Shown one piece after another: positions 1-10,104 of a stretch of DNA of 64,000 nucleotides (position 1 is its first letter; every line of letters begins with the position of its first letter). Origin of the DNA: an uncultured Kangiella sp. GTDB lineage: Bacteria > Pseudomonadota > Gammaproteobacteria > Enterobacterales > Kangiellaceae. The notes beneath the pieces were generated by a model, which was not told the origin of the DNA, searched no databases, and saw only the letters and a list, made by a program, of their open reading frames with translations. The stretch is taken from positions 114,090 to 178,089 of the forward strand of contig CANMKR010000001.1 of assembly GCA_947498625.1 (NCBI GenBank). The letters are read 5' to 3'. A program made the translations under genes and the position numbers.

Positions 1-603
1 GGTTCGTTGCAACAAATGTATCTGCTTAGCTTCCTTGGCTATTACTGGAACTAATTGTATTGCGCTAGCGCCAGTTCCAATCACTGCTACGCTTTTATTG
101 CTAAAGTCGTAATCAACTGGCCAGTGAGCGGTATGAAAGCTATCACCTTTAAAGTTTTCTACGCCTTTAATGGACGGAATAGCCGGCAAACTTAACTGGC
201 CCATAGCAGGTATCAGGTAGGTCGCTTGGTATTGAGTGCCGCATTTTGTGGTGACATCCCAAACGCCCTTATCCTGATCAAACTTTGCACTAACCACTTC
301 ATGCTTAAATTCTATATGCTCGTTTAACTGATGCTTGGCGACACAATTTTCTAAATACACTTTGATTTCTGATTGCGGCGAATAGCGTCGTGACCAATTT
401 GGGTTTGGCTCGAATGAAAAAGAGTATAGATGCGAAGGAACATCGCAAGCCGCGCCCGGATAAGTGTTATCCCTCCAAACACCAGCCACTGAGTCGGCTT
501 TTTCAAGAATGACGAAATCATGACGGTTAGCTTGTTTAAGCTTAATTGCTAGCCCTATCCCACTAAAGCCACTACCGATAATTAGAGTTTCATATTTTTT
601 CAT
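1..603 (-). CDS. FAD-dependent monooxygenase, flavin-containing / Baeyer-Villiger-like. It is 5'-complete and runs off the window edge at its 3' end.
   Basis: The reverse-complement translation starts at ATG (603). It reads MKKYETLIIGSGFSGIGLAIKL...VAVIGTGASAIQLV, with two Rossmann GxGxxG motifs typical of FMO/BVMO enzymes. It is absent from the ORF track because it is truncated by the window edge. Confidence 0.7.
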   Translation of the reverse strand, partial: MKKYETLIIGSGFSGIGLAIKLKQANRHDFVILEKADSVAGVWRDNTYPGAACDVPSHLYSFSFEPNPNWSRRYSPQSEIKVYLENCVAKHQLNEHIEFKHEVVSAKFDQDKGVWDVTTKCGTQYQATYLIPAMGQLSLPAIPSIKGVENFKGDSFHTAHWPVDYDFSNKSVAVIGTGASAIQLVPVIAKEAKQIHLLQRT

Positions 604-689
604 TGGTTTGCCGCTCTCTTTATTATCTATCACTACTTATTGATTTTGTTAGGTTATACTAGGATTAATCTTTATAAACCGCCAGCCAT

Positions 690-2258
690 ATGCCTGTTTT
701 TTCTGACTTATTTACCAAAGAGTTAATCGCTGATCCAGAATCAGAGAATTTTATACGGCAGGTTAGTACAGCCAATTTTTCTTATTGTCAGCCAGTGCAA
801 CCAAAAGCTCCTAACTTATTAAGCTATTCAAAGGAAGTGGCGGAGTTGCTACAGATCAATACTTCCAATTCTTTATCAGCAGAATGGCAAGCTATTTTAG
901 CTGGCGCAAAGCTGGCAGAAAATTCAAAACCTTTTGCCATGCGCTATGCGGGACATCAATTTGGTAACTGGGCAGGACAGCTGGGTGATGGGCGCGCCAT
1001 AAACCTTGGTAATCTAGTCGTCAATGACCAATCCTTTGAGCTGCAACTTAAAGGCGCAGGCCCAACGCCTTATTCGCGCGCAGGTGATGGTTTTGCGGTT
1101 TTGCGCTCTTCAGTTCGCGAATACTTATGCAGTGAAGCCATGCATCACTTAGGGATCCCAACGACTCGTGCCTTGTCACTGATGACCAGTGGCGATAGCG
1201 TTACCCGTGATATGTTTTATGATGGCCATCCAGAAAAAGAAATTGGCGCCATTGTTTGCCGGGTCGCGCCTTCTTTTATCCGTTTTGGTAACTTCCAAAT
1301 CCATGCCGCCTACCAAGAATTGGATCTTTTAAAGCAGCTCGCTGACTTTACTATTCGCAACTATTTCTCACACCTTATACCGCAATCAGGCTCTATAACC
1401 AGAGAGACTTATATCGCCTGGTTTAATGCAGTCAGTCATAGTACTGCTGATATGATTGTGCACTGGCAAAGAGTGGGCTTTGTGCATGGCGTGATGAATA
1501 CCGACAATATGTCTATTCATGGTTTAACTATTGATTATGGGCCTTATGGTTTCTTAGATAATTTTGATCCCGACTGGACGCCAAATACCACTGACGCACA
1601 AGGCAAGCGCTATCGTTATGCCAACCAACCTTATATAGCCCATTGGAATTTAGTCAAACTCGCGGAAGCCATTTATCCTTTAATAGAAGATGCGAAACCT
1701 TTAGAAGATATTTTAAATCAATTCCCACCATATTATGAAGATCAATGGCAAAACATGATGGCCCGTAAGCTTGGGCTTGATTCTGTTTCAGAACAAGATT
1801 CCAGCTTGTTTAAAGATCTCGAAAAGCTACTCGCCATGGTAGAAACGGATATGACCATTTTCTATCGGGAGCTAGCGAAATTTGATGGCCAATTAGATTC
1901 GATTACCTCACTAACAGCTGCGGCTTATTATGATCCTCAATCTTTATCAAAAGATTATTTAAAAGCTCGTAATCATTGGTTTTTAGCTTATAGCGCTCGC
2001 TTGCAACAAAATTCGATTAACCAGGCAGACAAAGTCGCATTAATGAATAGCACCAATCCAAAATATCTATTACGCAATTTTTTATCGCAAGTCGCCATTG
2101 ATAAAGCCGATACTGGCGACTTCTCGGAAATAGAAACACTGCTAGAGATAATGCGCAATCCTTACGCTGAGCAGCCTCAACATCAAGATTATTATTCAAA
2201 ACGCCCAGAATGGGCCCGCCATAAAGCCGGCTGCTCAATGCTTAGTTGTAGCTCTTAA
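690..2258 (+). CDS. selO: Protein adenylyltransferase SelO (YdiU/UPF0061 family).
   Basis: The 522 aa product has a kinase-like fold and the conserved stretches RYAGHQFGNWAGQLGDGRA and DGFAVLRSSVREYLCSEAMHHLGIPTTRAL, which are diagnostic of SelO. Confidence 0.85.
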   Translation: MPVFSDLFTKELIADPESENFIRQVSTANFSYCQPVQPKAPNLLSYSKEVAELLQINTSNSLSAEWQAILAGAKLAENSKPFAMRYAGHQFGNWAGQLGDGRAINLGNLVVNDQSFELQLKGAGPTPYSRAGDGFAVLRSSVREYLCSEAMHHLGIPTTRALSLMTSGDSVTRDMFYDGHPEKEIGAIVCRVAPSFIRFGNFQIHAAYQELDLLKQLADFTIRNYFSHLIPQSGSITRETYIAWFNAVSHSTADMIVHWQRVGFVHGVMNTDNMSIHGLTIDYGPYGFLDNFDPDWTPNTTDAQGKRYRYANQPYIAHWNLVKLAEAIYPLIEDAKPLEDILNQFPPYYEDQWQNMMARKLGLDSVSEQDSSLFKDLEKLLAMVETDMTIFYRELAKFDGQLDSITSLTAAAYYDPQSLSKDYLKARNHWFLAYSARLQQNSINQADKVALMNSTNPKYLLRNFLSQVAIDKADTGDFSEIETLLEIMRNPYAEQPQHQDYYSKRPEWARHKAGCSMLSCSS

Positions 2259-2349
2259 ATAAAACCATTAGAAATCAATGTGAAATTTTTTTAGATATTC
2301 TTTCCATTCTGCTTTATTCTTGATTTAACGAATCAGCGGAATAACAACA

Positions 2350-5229
2350 ATGATAATAATTTTTATATTGCTCGGTCTTTTTATTGGCGCCGCTATTGCC
2401 AGTATCGGAGGAGCTATTTTGGGGGGAACCTTAGGCTTAATAACTGGAATGTTAGTTCAGTTAAAACAACGCTTTGCAGAGCTATCAAAAAAGCACTCTA
2501 CTCTAGACGAACAGTTTAAAGCGCTTAGTCGCCACTATGAAAAGCATCAATTTAATATTAATCAAACTGTACCTCTAAACACTCAATCTGAGCAGTCTCC
2601 TCAAGATCTTCACTCTGAGCCAATTCCGCAAACTGAGCAGCAGGAAAACACTGCTAAAGAAAAAGAGGCTTCCTTTGATATTTTTGAAGACTTTGAACAA
2701 GAATCATCAGCGCCGATACCGCTTCAATCCAAGCAAGCAGCGACTAAAATTAGCACTAAGCCGGCCACTAGAGTTCACTTTGATAATGAATTAAACAACA
2801 ATCTTAATACGGCAACTAAGCAGTCAAACCCTCAATCAAGACCTAAGAAAAATGTAGCAGAACCGGCAATTATTGGCTTCGTGAAAAAGTTTTTCTCAGA
2901 AGGAAACCCTATCGTTAAAGTCGCCAGTATCGTCTTATTTTTCGGTGTTGCTTTTTTATTAAAGTATGCAGCCGAACAGAATTATATCCCAATCGAATGG
3001 CGTCTAACCTGTGTCGCACTAGTTGCGGTGGGTTTGCTGGTTTGGGGAATAAAACTAATAAAGAAAAACCGACAATACGGACTTGTAGTTCAGGGTTTAA
3101 GTATTGGTGTCTTATATTTAACCTGCTATGCCGCTAGCGGACTTTATTCTTTACTACCGTTACCCATTGCCTTTTCTTTATTGCTAGTCATCGCCATACT
3201 AGGCGCAGTACTCGCCATAAAGCAAGACTCTCCTTCTCTTGCAATTATCGCGATTATCGGCGGTTTCTTAGCTCCAATTCTAACTTCTAGCGGTAGCAAC
3301 GCTTACATTAAGTTATTCAGTTACTATGCTGTGCTCAATGTTGGAATATTAATTATTAGCCTGTTCAAATCATGGCGATATTTGTGTTGGCTGGGTTTTA
3401 TTTTTACTTTCGTGATCGGTAGTTTGTGGGGCTATAAGTCTTACCAGCCGGAATACTTTTCAACTACAGAACCTTTTTTGTTATTCCACTTTTTACTTTA
3501 TCTCAGTATTCCCATTTTATTTCTGCGCAAAAAATACGCTCCTGAAAAACCGATCGTACAAACGAGTTTAGTGTTTGCTCTGCCTACCATCAGCTTTTTA
3601 CTACAACTCTACTTAGCTCGAGATTTTATCAATGGCGATACATTCTCTGCTCTTGGTTGGTCAATCTGTTATTTCGTTGCCAGCTTTGTTATCTACAAAC
3701 TTAAGAATAAATCCGAAGCAGAAGGGAAAAATTTATTAACCTCCTATATCGCTATAGGTGTTATTTTCTTTTCTATTTATATTTTCTACTTGTTCGAACA
3801 AGACATTACCTCGATTTTATGGTCATTAGAGGCTGTTGGTCTCACCTGGTTAGGGCTACGCCAAAAAGAGTGGCTACCTAAACTAGCAGGACTGGCATTA
3901 ATTGCTTTATCCACTTTCTTATATTTAGAGAATTATTCTCAATATTTAATAGTCAAACCATTCTTAAATGCTAGCTTTTTAAGTGGGCTAATATTAACCG
4001 TTTCAGCTCTAACCATTGGTTATTTTTATCATAACGCCATTGCTCAAAAATCTGACCAAGAACCAAGCGATTTTATTCAGCACAATGCTACATTAATTTC
4101 TTCACTACTATTGGTATTCTTTAGTTTCTTTATAGCACTGCTTGGTTTCTTCGAGCTGCAGAGTTTTGATAAACCTAGTATCCTACTTAATGGCTTTATA
4201 CTTTTTATTGCTCTAGTTGCCAGCATCTACTTTTTCATTGCTAATGCCATTAACTGGAAACAACTTAGTAATTTATCGCTTGCCATTATCCCGCTCGTAG
4301 CCCTTGCGGCCATTGCTCTATTTGTAAATGATCCCTATCAAAATCCATTAGCGCATATTGGCTATATCTCTTTCCCAATCGCAATCTTGAGTGGCTATTA
4401 TTTTAACAAGACATCGGTAAAAAGCAGTTTAATCGATAATAATTTCTATCAGCTATTTCTCAGTATACTAATTTTAGTTACTACATTTATTGTCAGCTGG
4501 CTGTTGGCAGTTTATGCCCAAAAGCTTTCTGTTAATGGCCATTGGTATCCGATAGTGTTTGGGATTATCCCTGCGGTGAGTTTCTACTTGTGCCATCTTA
4601 AAAGTCTCAAACTGAAAACTGGTGATCTTGATAAAATTCCTTTTAATATTGCTTCTAAGATTTTATTAGCTTATGTAGCTTTATGGTTATTAATTACCAC
4701 CTTCAGTATTTTACACCCAGAAAATTTGCCTTTTGTAAGTATTTTGAATCCGCTCGATATTAGCCATATGGTTATCATCTTCCTTATTTACAAAATGATA
4801 ACTTCTGAGCCTGATAATTATGCCTTGCAGGCGATTAAATCACCGCCATTTAGATATATTTTGCCGGCAGCATTGTTCGTCTGTATCAATATGTTAGTAG
4901 CGCGCAGCTATCATCATTATTCCGAGACGCCTTTTACTATGGTTGATTTGATGCAAGCACCTAACTTTTTACTCACCCTAACGATCCTCTGGTCGCTGCT
5001 TGCCATTGTTGTTATGTACCTTGCAAAAACCAAACAATCTCGTACCTTTTGGTTCACAGGAGCTGCTTTATTAGTAGCAATATTGCTTAAACTAATTACG
5101 TTTGATATGGCTGACTCTGGTACGCTAGCCCGCATTTTATCTTTCTTAATTGTTGGCACTATTATGTTGGCGATTGGTTATTTCGTACCGCTGCCACCCG
5201 AGGAAGAGAAAGAGCAAGTTAATCCCTAA
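2350..5229 (+). CDS. Large polytopic inner-membrane protein (DUF2339-like). An N-terminal coiled-coil and low-complexity region is followed by more than 20 TM helices.
   Basis: The 959 aa product is extremely hydrophobic with repeated TM segments. No catalytic motif was recognised. Confidence 0.5.
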   Translation: MIIIFILLGLFIGAAIASIGGAILGGTLGLITGMLVQLKQRFAELSKKHSTLDEQFKALSRHYEKHQFNINQTVPLNTQSEQSPQDLHSEPIPQTEQQENTAKEKEASFDIFEDFEQESSAPIPLQSKQAATKISTKPATRVHFDNELNNNLNTATKQSNPQSRPKKNVAEPAIIGFVKKFFSEGNPIVKVASIVLFFGVAFLLKYAAEQNYIPIEWRLTCVALVAVGLLVWGIKLIKKNRQYGLVVQGLSIGVLYLTCYAASGLYSLLPLPIAFSLLLVIAILGAVLAIKQDSPSLAIIAIIGGFLAPILTSSGSNAYIKLFSYYAVLNVGILIISLFKSWRYLCWLGFIFTFVIGSLWGYKSYQPEYFSTTEPFLLFHFLLYLSIPILFLRKKYAPEKPIVQTSLVFALPTISFLLQLYLARDFINGDTFSALGWSICYFVASFVIYKLKNKSEAEGKNLLTSYIAIGVIFFSIYIFYLFEQDITSILWSLEAVGLTWLGLRQKEWLPKLAGLALIALSTFLYLENYSQYLIVKPFLNASFLSGLILTVSALTIGYFYHNAIAQKSDQEPSDFIQHNATLISSLLLVFFSFFIALLGFFELQSFDKPSILLNGFILFIALVASIYFFIANAINWKQLSNLSLAIIPLVALAAIALFVNDPYQNPLAHIGYISFPIAILSGYYFNKTSVKSSLIDNNFYQLFLSILILVTTFIVSWLLAVYAQKLSVNGHWYPIVFGIIPAVSFYLCHLKSLKLKTGDLDKIPFNIASKILLAYVALWLLITTFSILHPENLPFVSILNPLDISHMVIIFLIYKMITSEPDNYALQAIKSPPFRYILPAALFVCINMLVARSYHHYSETPFTMVDLMQAPNFLLTLTILWSLLAIVVMYLAKTKQSRTFWFTGAALLVAILLKLITFDMADSGTLARILSFLIVGTIMLAIGYFVPLPPEEEKEQVNP

Positions 5230-5234
5230 AGATC

Positions 5235-5258
5235 AAAGGCCTCATCAGAGGCCTTTTT
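5235..5258. terminator. Rho-independent terminator, bidirectional, shared by the convergent genes on either side.
   Basis: The hairpin AGGCCTC-atca-GAGGCCT is followed by TTTTT on the + strand. The preceding AAA gives a U-tract for the minus strand as well. Confidence 0.8.
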
Positions 5259-5275
5259 ATCATGAGTAAAGATTT

Positions 5276-6934
5276 TTATTTTTTAGTCATGATATTAGTA
5301 TTGCCATGTTGAGTTATTGCCAACTGCCTTTTTTCCGCATCGAATTTGATACTGATCCCTGCCAAGCTAAACGTGAACTCTGTTTCTGATACGGCCGTCA
5401 ATGGAAATGCGGATTGACCCGTCGCTTGCGCTTGAAACTTACCATCTGTTATTAACACTTCAATATCTAATGGGAAGTCATCCGATTTATAAAGACCCAC
5501 ATAAGACTTCAAAATACCTTCTGAAACCTTTATTTTTTTCTCAGCACTGGCTTTAGATTTTTCTACAAAGATGTCTACTCGACCTCCTTGTTTGATCAAA
5601 AATTCTTTACTGCTAGGATCAAACTCCATTTCGATGCCAGCAGCTTCAAATTCAAATTTATCTTTATCGATTGCAGTTAATGGGAAAGCTCCTTGTCCAT
5701 CGGCTTGAGCTTTTAATTGCTCACCATCGAGCATGACTTTTATTCCTAAAGGATGGGTATCGCTACTATAGTCTCCAATATATTGTTTTAATTCTTTTTC
5801 CGTTAACTGAAGAACTTTAAACTCTGGGATCACAACTGGATGACCAAAAGCTGCATTAGTCAAAGTTCTAAAGATCTTACTACCATCATATAAATCTGCA
5901 TTTAATAAGCTGGTTATACCAATTTTTTGCTTAGGAAAATACATCATGCCTGAAGAGAACAGTTCAATACGACCATTATGCCAATAGCCCACATACTCTT
6001 TGTCATCTAATTCAATCGTCCTTTTGAAAATACCAAAACCGTAAGTATCTTTAACATCTATCATTTTATTCAATAAGTCTTTAGTGATTAACTTACCATC
6101 AAACAACCCTTTAAAAAATAGATTCAAATCGTGAGTTGTAGATACTATCGCCCCAGCCGCATCCGCTGTAGACATATCCCATTGCTCTGTTGCAACAAAT
6201 TTACCTAATTTTTGATAAGGGAAAACTTCATTTTTTTCAGGTTCGGTTTTTTCTTCTAGATAGGTGGCTTTTAAATTCAGTGGTTTTGCTATTTTTTCAG
6301 CAACTAAAACGCCATAATCTTTGCCCGTAATTGCCTCAAGGATATAACCTAGCAATAAATAGTTGCTGTTACTGTATTCACCACGTTCACCAGGTTCAAA
6401 TGCTGGCTTATAGGCTTTGATCCTTTCGACCATCGCTTTATTTGATTGCGCTTTCTGAAAATAACTAAAAAACTCTTGATGATTTGTATAATTAAAAATT
6501 CCTGAATGATGGTTGAGCATCATTTCTATGGTGATTTGATCTGCATTTTGTATTTCAGGAAAAAACCTTGCCAGTTTAGTGTCTAAAGCCAGCTTACCTT
6601 CTTCAACTAGTTGCAAGACAAGCGTTGCAGTAAAGGTTTTGGTTATTGAGCCAATTTTATATCGATGTGCGACTTTCTTCTCTTCTACTTTACCATCCAC
6701 AGACAAATAATTTTTGCTGTAAACATTTTTGCCGTCTTGATAGATTGCAAAAGAACCAAGCACCTTTTCCTTTTCAGCTAATGCTGCAAAATATTTATCT
6801 AACTGCTCGTATTTATTCGTCATAGTATTTATTGAACTTTGTTTATTAGAGGCTGCAGCAGTCGAGTTTTCCTCGGCAACAGAAATCGATGACAAGCTTG
6901 CCATTAGCAATATTGATAATAGTTTTCTTTTCAT
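5276..6934 (-). CDS. Secreted serine hydrolase of the class C beta-lactamase / PBP (S12) family, with two C-terminal repeated beta-domains (DUF3471-like).
   Basis: There is a signal peptide. The active-site S-x-x-K motif is GSITKTF. A C-terminal duplication is visible: DGEQLKAQADGQGAFPLTAI...EFEAAGIEMEFD versus DGKFQAQATGQSAFPLTAV...FSLAGISIKFD. Confidence 0.75.
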   Translation of the reverse strand: MKRKLLSILLMASLSSISVAEENSTAAASNKQSSINTMTNKYEQLDKYFAALAEKEKVLGSFAIYQDGKNVYSKNYLSVDGKVEEKKVAHRYKIGSITKTFTATLVLQLVEEGKLALDTKLARFFPEIQNADQITIEMMLNHHSGIFNYTNHQEFFSYFQKAQSNKAMVERIKAYKPAFEPGERGEYSNSNYLLLGYILEAITGKDYGVLVAEKIAKPLNLKATYLEEKTEPEKNEVFPYQKLGKFVATEQWDMSTADAAGAIVSTTHDLNLFFKGLFDGKLITKDLLNKMIDVKDTYGFGIFKRTIELDDKEYVGYWHNGRIELFSSGMMYFPKQKIGITSLLNADLYDGSKIFRTLTNAAFGHPVVIPEFKVLQLTEKELKQYIGDYSSDTHPLGIKVMLDGEQLKAQADGQGAFPLTAIDKDKFEFEAAGIEMEFDPSSKEFLIKQGGRVDIFVEKSKASAEKKIKVSEGILKSYVGLYKSDDFPLDIEVLITDGKFQAQATGQSAFPLTAVSETEFTFSLAGISIKFDAEKRQLAITQHGNTNIMTKK

Positions 6935-7111
6935 TTTTTGTATCCTTCTCGTTAACTGTTATTAATAATAACGAAAAAGTATTAAAAAAAATTCCCTTTT
7001 CTGCTGCAAAAATGTTTCAAAAGGTGTTCTCAGCAATTTCTCCTCGATATAGTGCAATTCATTGGATCATTCACCCATTTTTCAGTATCTTGGAAGTCCA
7101 TAATTGATAGA

Positions 7112-7142
7112 TTATCCACACACTCACAATTTCTGTGGATAA
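7112..7142. promoter_or_regulatory. Inverted pair of consensus DnaA boxes (TTATCCACA ... TGTGGATAA) in the divergent promoter region upstream of the TRAP operon.
   Basis: A perfect 9-mer TTATCCACA sits at 7112-7120 and its exact reverse complement at 7134-7142. This matches the DnaA-box consensus TTATNCACA. Confidence 0.5.
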
Positions 7143-7346
7143 CTCTGTGATAAAAATTTTAAAAAACGACAAAAAATTGGAGTCTAAAGGTAAGAATGCG
7201 TCCAAGAGCTTTTTTAGATAAACAATAAACTCAATCAAAACAATAGGTTATAAAATTATCTGAAAGTTTATTATGAAGTCGCTATAGTTTCATAAGCAGC
7301 CTTAACCTGTGGAAAAGCACCTTTGTGCATTTCCTAAACAATCATA

Positions 7347-7931
7347 ATGCAAACATTTTTTCTTATTCTTAAATCATTTATTTCAGTCATTGATTGGATT
7401 ATTGAATGGGCCGGCAAAATCATTGCTTGGTTAACGCTTTTTATGGTTCTAGCCGTTGTATTGGTGCTTATTTTCCGTCATGGCTTCGATCTCAGCGCCA
7501 TTCCGCTCAAAGAGTCAGTCACCTATATGCATGCCATTGTCTTTATGCTTGGAGCTGCTTATACCTTAAAGCATGATGAGCATGTTCGGGTCGATGTGTT
7601 TTATCAGAAATTCAGCCCACAAAAAAAATCTTGGGTTGAAATCCTAGGCTTTGTATTTCTATTAACACCAGTATCTTGGTTTATCTATTACTACTCTTAC
7701 CATACGGTGGTCTTTAACTGGGCGCTTAAAACCGGCTCTAATGATCCTGGCGGTATTCCTTTTTTGTATCTACTGATGGGTTTATTGCTCATTTTACCGC
7801 TAAGCTTATTCTTACAAGGCTTGGCCAATGCCCTGCGTAACCTACTATTTTTATTAGGCCAAATCGATAATCCGCATAAGAACTCCCATACTAACGGTCA
7901 AGCTAACATTCAGGAGCAGGGTCATGTTTGA
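7347..7931 (+). CDS. dctQ: TRAP transporter small permease subunit (DctQ family).
   Basis: The 194 aa product has 4 TM helices, is typical of DctQ, and overlaps the start of dctM by 8 nt. Confidence 0.75.
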   Translation: MQTFFLILKSFISVIDWIIEWAGKIIAWLTLFMVLAVVLVLIFRHGFDLSAIPLKESVTYMHAIVFMLGAAYTLKHDEHVRVDVFYQKFSPQKKSWVEILGFVFLLTPVSWFIYYYSYHTVVFNWALKTGSNDPGGIPFLYLLMGLLLILPLSLFLQGLANALRNLLFLLGQIDNPHKNSHTNGQANIQEQGHV

Positions 7932-9309
7932 GCTATTGATTGATCTGTTACCTCTGCTGTTATTCGCCACTGTGTGCTTGGTGCTTTTATTTGGTTATCC
8001 CGTGGCCATCAGCTTAGCAGGCGTTTCATTACTATTCGCCGCACTTGGCGTTTTCTTAGGAGTGATCGAGCCTACTCGCTTTAATTTCTTAGGTGGCCGT
8101 TTATTCAAAATAATGGAGCGGGGCACCTTAATCGCTGTTCCACTGTTTATCTTTATGGGACTCATGCTTGAGCGAGCTAAAATTGCCGAAAATCTCTTAG
8201 AGTCGATGGCTACCCTATTTGGTAAATTACGCGGTGGTATGGGCATTGCGGTAACATTAGTCGGCATGTTGCTCGCTGCCAGCACCGGAATTGTCGGCGC
8301 TACGGTTGTCACCATGGGCTTATTGTCCTTACCTGCTATGTTAAAGCGCGGTTACCAGCCGGAATTATCTACGGGTGTTATTTGTGCTTCTGGTACTTTA
8401 GGACAAATTATTCCACCCTCCATTGTCTTAGTCCTGCTTGGCGATGTACTAGCTAACGCCATGACTGAAGCTAAAGGACAAGGGCTGAAAACCGACCAAG
8501 TAGCCTCTATTGGCGATCTATTTATGGGCGCCATTATTCCAGGCATGCTACTGGTTATTTGTTACATGATTTATGTGGCTTTCACTGCTTGGCGTCACCC
8601 AGAACGAGCGCCAGCAATTAAGCAAGACCAATCGATAAGCACTCGCCAAATTTATATCGCTGCACTTAAAAATTTAAGCTTGCCGTTGATACTCATCGTC
8701 GCTGTGCTAGGTTCCATTTTGAAGGGTTATGCCACCCCAACTGAAGCCGCCGCTATTGGCGCTTTAGGTGCAATTCTATTAGCCATTGGCCGCAAACAAT
8801 TTTCTCTTTCTCGATTGCAAGATGTCATGCGCACCACTGTTAAAACCACTAGCATGGTCTTTTTAATTTTAATTGGCGCTTCAATCTTTTCTTTAGTCTT
8901 TCGATTGTTAGGTGGCGATGAGATGATTCATCATTTCTTTAGTCAACTACCCGGCGGGCTCTTTACCGCATTACTCATCGTAATGATCGTAATGTTCTTA
9001 CTCGGTTTTATTTTAGACTTTATCGAAATTACTTTTGTGATAGTACCTATAGTGGGGCCCGTTTTATTATTAATGGGCGCTGATCCTATTTGGTTAGGAA
9101 TATTAATTGCGATTAATTTACAAACATCATTCCTAACGCCACCCTTTGGATTTGCTCTCTTTTACCTGCGCGGGGTAGCTCCACCGGAAGTCACTACGCA
9201 ACATATTTATCGTGGCGTGATTCCTTTTATTATTATTCAAATCCTAGTTCTGATGTTAATCGCAGCCTGGCCTTCGCTTGCCACTTGGCTTCCAACGGTG
9301 ATGGGTTAG
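7924..9309 (+). CDS. dctM: TRAP transporter large permease subunit (DctM family).
   Basis: The 461 aa polytopic product follows dctQ in the canonical order, with a start overlap. Confidence 0.8.
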   Translation: MFELLIDLLPLLLFATVCLVLLFGYPVAISLAGVSLLFAALGVFLGVIEPTRFNFLGGRLFKIMERGTLIAVPLFIFMGLMLERAKIAENLLESMATLFGKLRGGMGIAVTLVGMLLAASTGIVGATVVTMGLLSLPAMLKRGYQPELSTGVICASGTLGQIIPPSIVLVLLGDVLANAMTEAKGQGLKTDQVASIGDLFMGAIIPGMLLVICYMIYVAFTAWRHPERAPAIKQDQSISTRQIYIAALKNLSLPLILIVAVLGSILKGYATPTEAAAIGALGAILLAIGRKQFSLSRLQDVMRTTVKTTSMVFLILIGASIFSLVFRLLGGDEMIHHFFSQLPGGLFTALLIVMIVMFLLGFILDFIEITFVIVPIVGPVLLLMGADPIWLGILIAINLQTSFLTPPFGFALFYLRGVAPPEVTTQHIYRGVIPFIIIQILVLMLIAAWPSLATWLPTVMG

Positions 9310-9312
9310 CAA

Positions 9313-10104
9313 ATGTCTGCAAGACCTATAGGTATTTTTGATTCTGGCGTAGGCGGCCTTTCCATTCTAAAGGCTATCAAACAACAGCTACCCGATGAAA
9401 ATTTGCTTTACTTTGCAGACTCGCAATACGCTCCTTATGGTGAACTGGATGAAACAATATTGAAGCAGCGCTGTTTATTTATTGCGGATTTCTTTATTCA
9501 AAAAAATGCTAAAGCGATGGTGATTGCCTGTAACACTGCTACTGCATTAATGGCCGAATGGTTAAGAGCTGAATATGATATCCCTATCATTGCTATTGAA
9601 CCTGCAATTAAACCCGCTGCACAAATCACCAGAACCAATGCCATCGGCGTTTTTGCAACACAACACACTTTAAACAGTGAACGATATAATTCCTTATTAG
9701 AGCGTTTTGCAAAAGATAAAACCGTTTATCAATCAGCCTGCGAAGGATTTGTTGAGCAGGTTGAAAAAGGTGAGCTAAACTCCTTAAAAACGATTGCCTT
9801 AATTGAACAATATTTATTGCCCATGTTGGATAACAATATCGATACCTTAGTTTTAGGCTGTACTCACTATCCTTTTTTAAGTGATGCTATTCAATCCGTT
9901 GCCGGCCAACACCCCTTAACCATTGTTGATAATGCTAATGCTGTTTCCTTGCAGGCTACCCGTGTCTTAACTGAACTGGGCTTATCAAATTTAAAACCGC
10001 ATGAATCGGATGAGTTCTTTTCCAGCTCTAATTCACAGTCATTACAAGAAGTGTTTTCTAAGCTATTACTCAATAACACTCATGTAAATTATATTGCAGA
10101 TTAA
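9313..10104 (+). CDS. murI: Glutamate racemase.
   Basis: The N-terminus GIFDSGVGGL and the two catalytic-Cys motifs (VIACNTATA and LGCTHYPF) are diagnostic of MurI. It starts 4 nt after the dctM stop. Confidence 0.85.
   Translation: MSARPIGIFDSGVGGLSILKAIKQQLPDENLLYFADSQYAPYGELDETILKQRCLFIADFFIQKNAKAMVIACNTATALMAEWLRAEYDIPIIAIEPAIKPAAQITRTNAIGVFATQHTLNSERYNSLLERFAKDKTVYQSACEGFVEQVEKGELNSLKTIALIEQYLLPMLDNNIDTLVLGCTHYPFLSDAIQSVAGQHPLTIVDNANAVSLQATRVLTELGLSNLKPHESDEFFSSSNSQSLQEVFSKLLLNNTHVNYIAD

Noticed and set aside
2017-2238. Many 60-136 aa ORFs antisense to, or embedded in, confident genes. Examples are 2017-2238, 4917-5159, 7995-8315, 8352-8546, 9891-10079, 10924-11382, 12580-12762, 13074-13271, 14217-14603, 16280-16690, 16984-17220, 27505-27792, 28683-28889, 30887-31156, 35082-35555, 38336-38539, 39145-39399, 40574-40867, 43873-44182, 44318-44695, 48054-48293, 51645-51875, 52038-52427, 53356-53598, 55514-55990, 56993-57358 and 61084-61627.
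   Set aside because: Each lies wholly inside a longer ORF with clear family motifs on the opposite strand or in another frame. Their translations are low-complexity or lack any motif. They are typical shadow ORFs.
6889-7107. 72 aa ORF in the intergenic region upstream of dctQ.
   Set aside because: It starts inside the 5' end of the beta-lactamase-like gene (antisense) and covers the AT-rich promoter region. The sequence is low-complexity and hydrophobic. It is probably not a gene.
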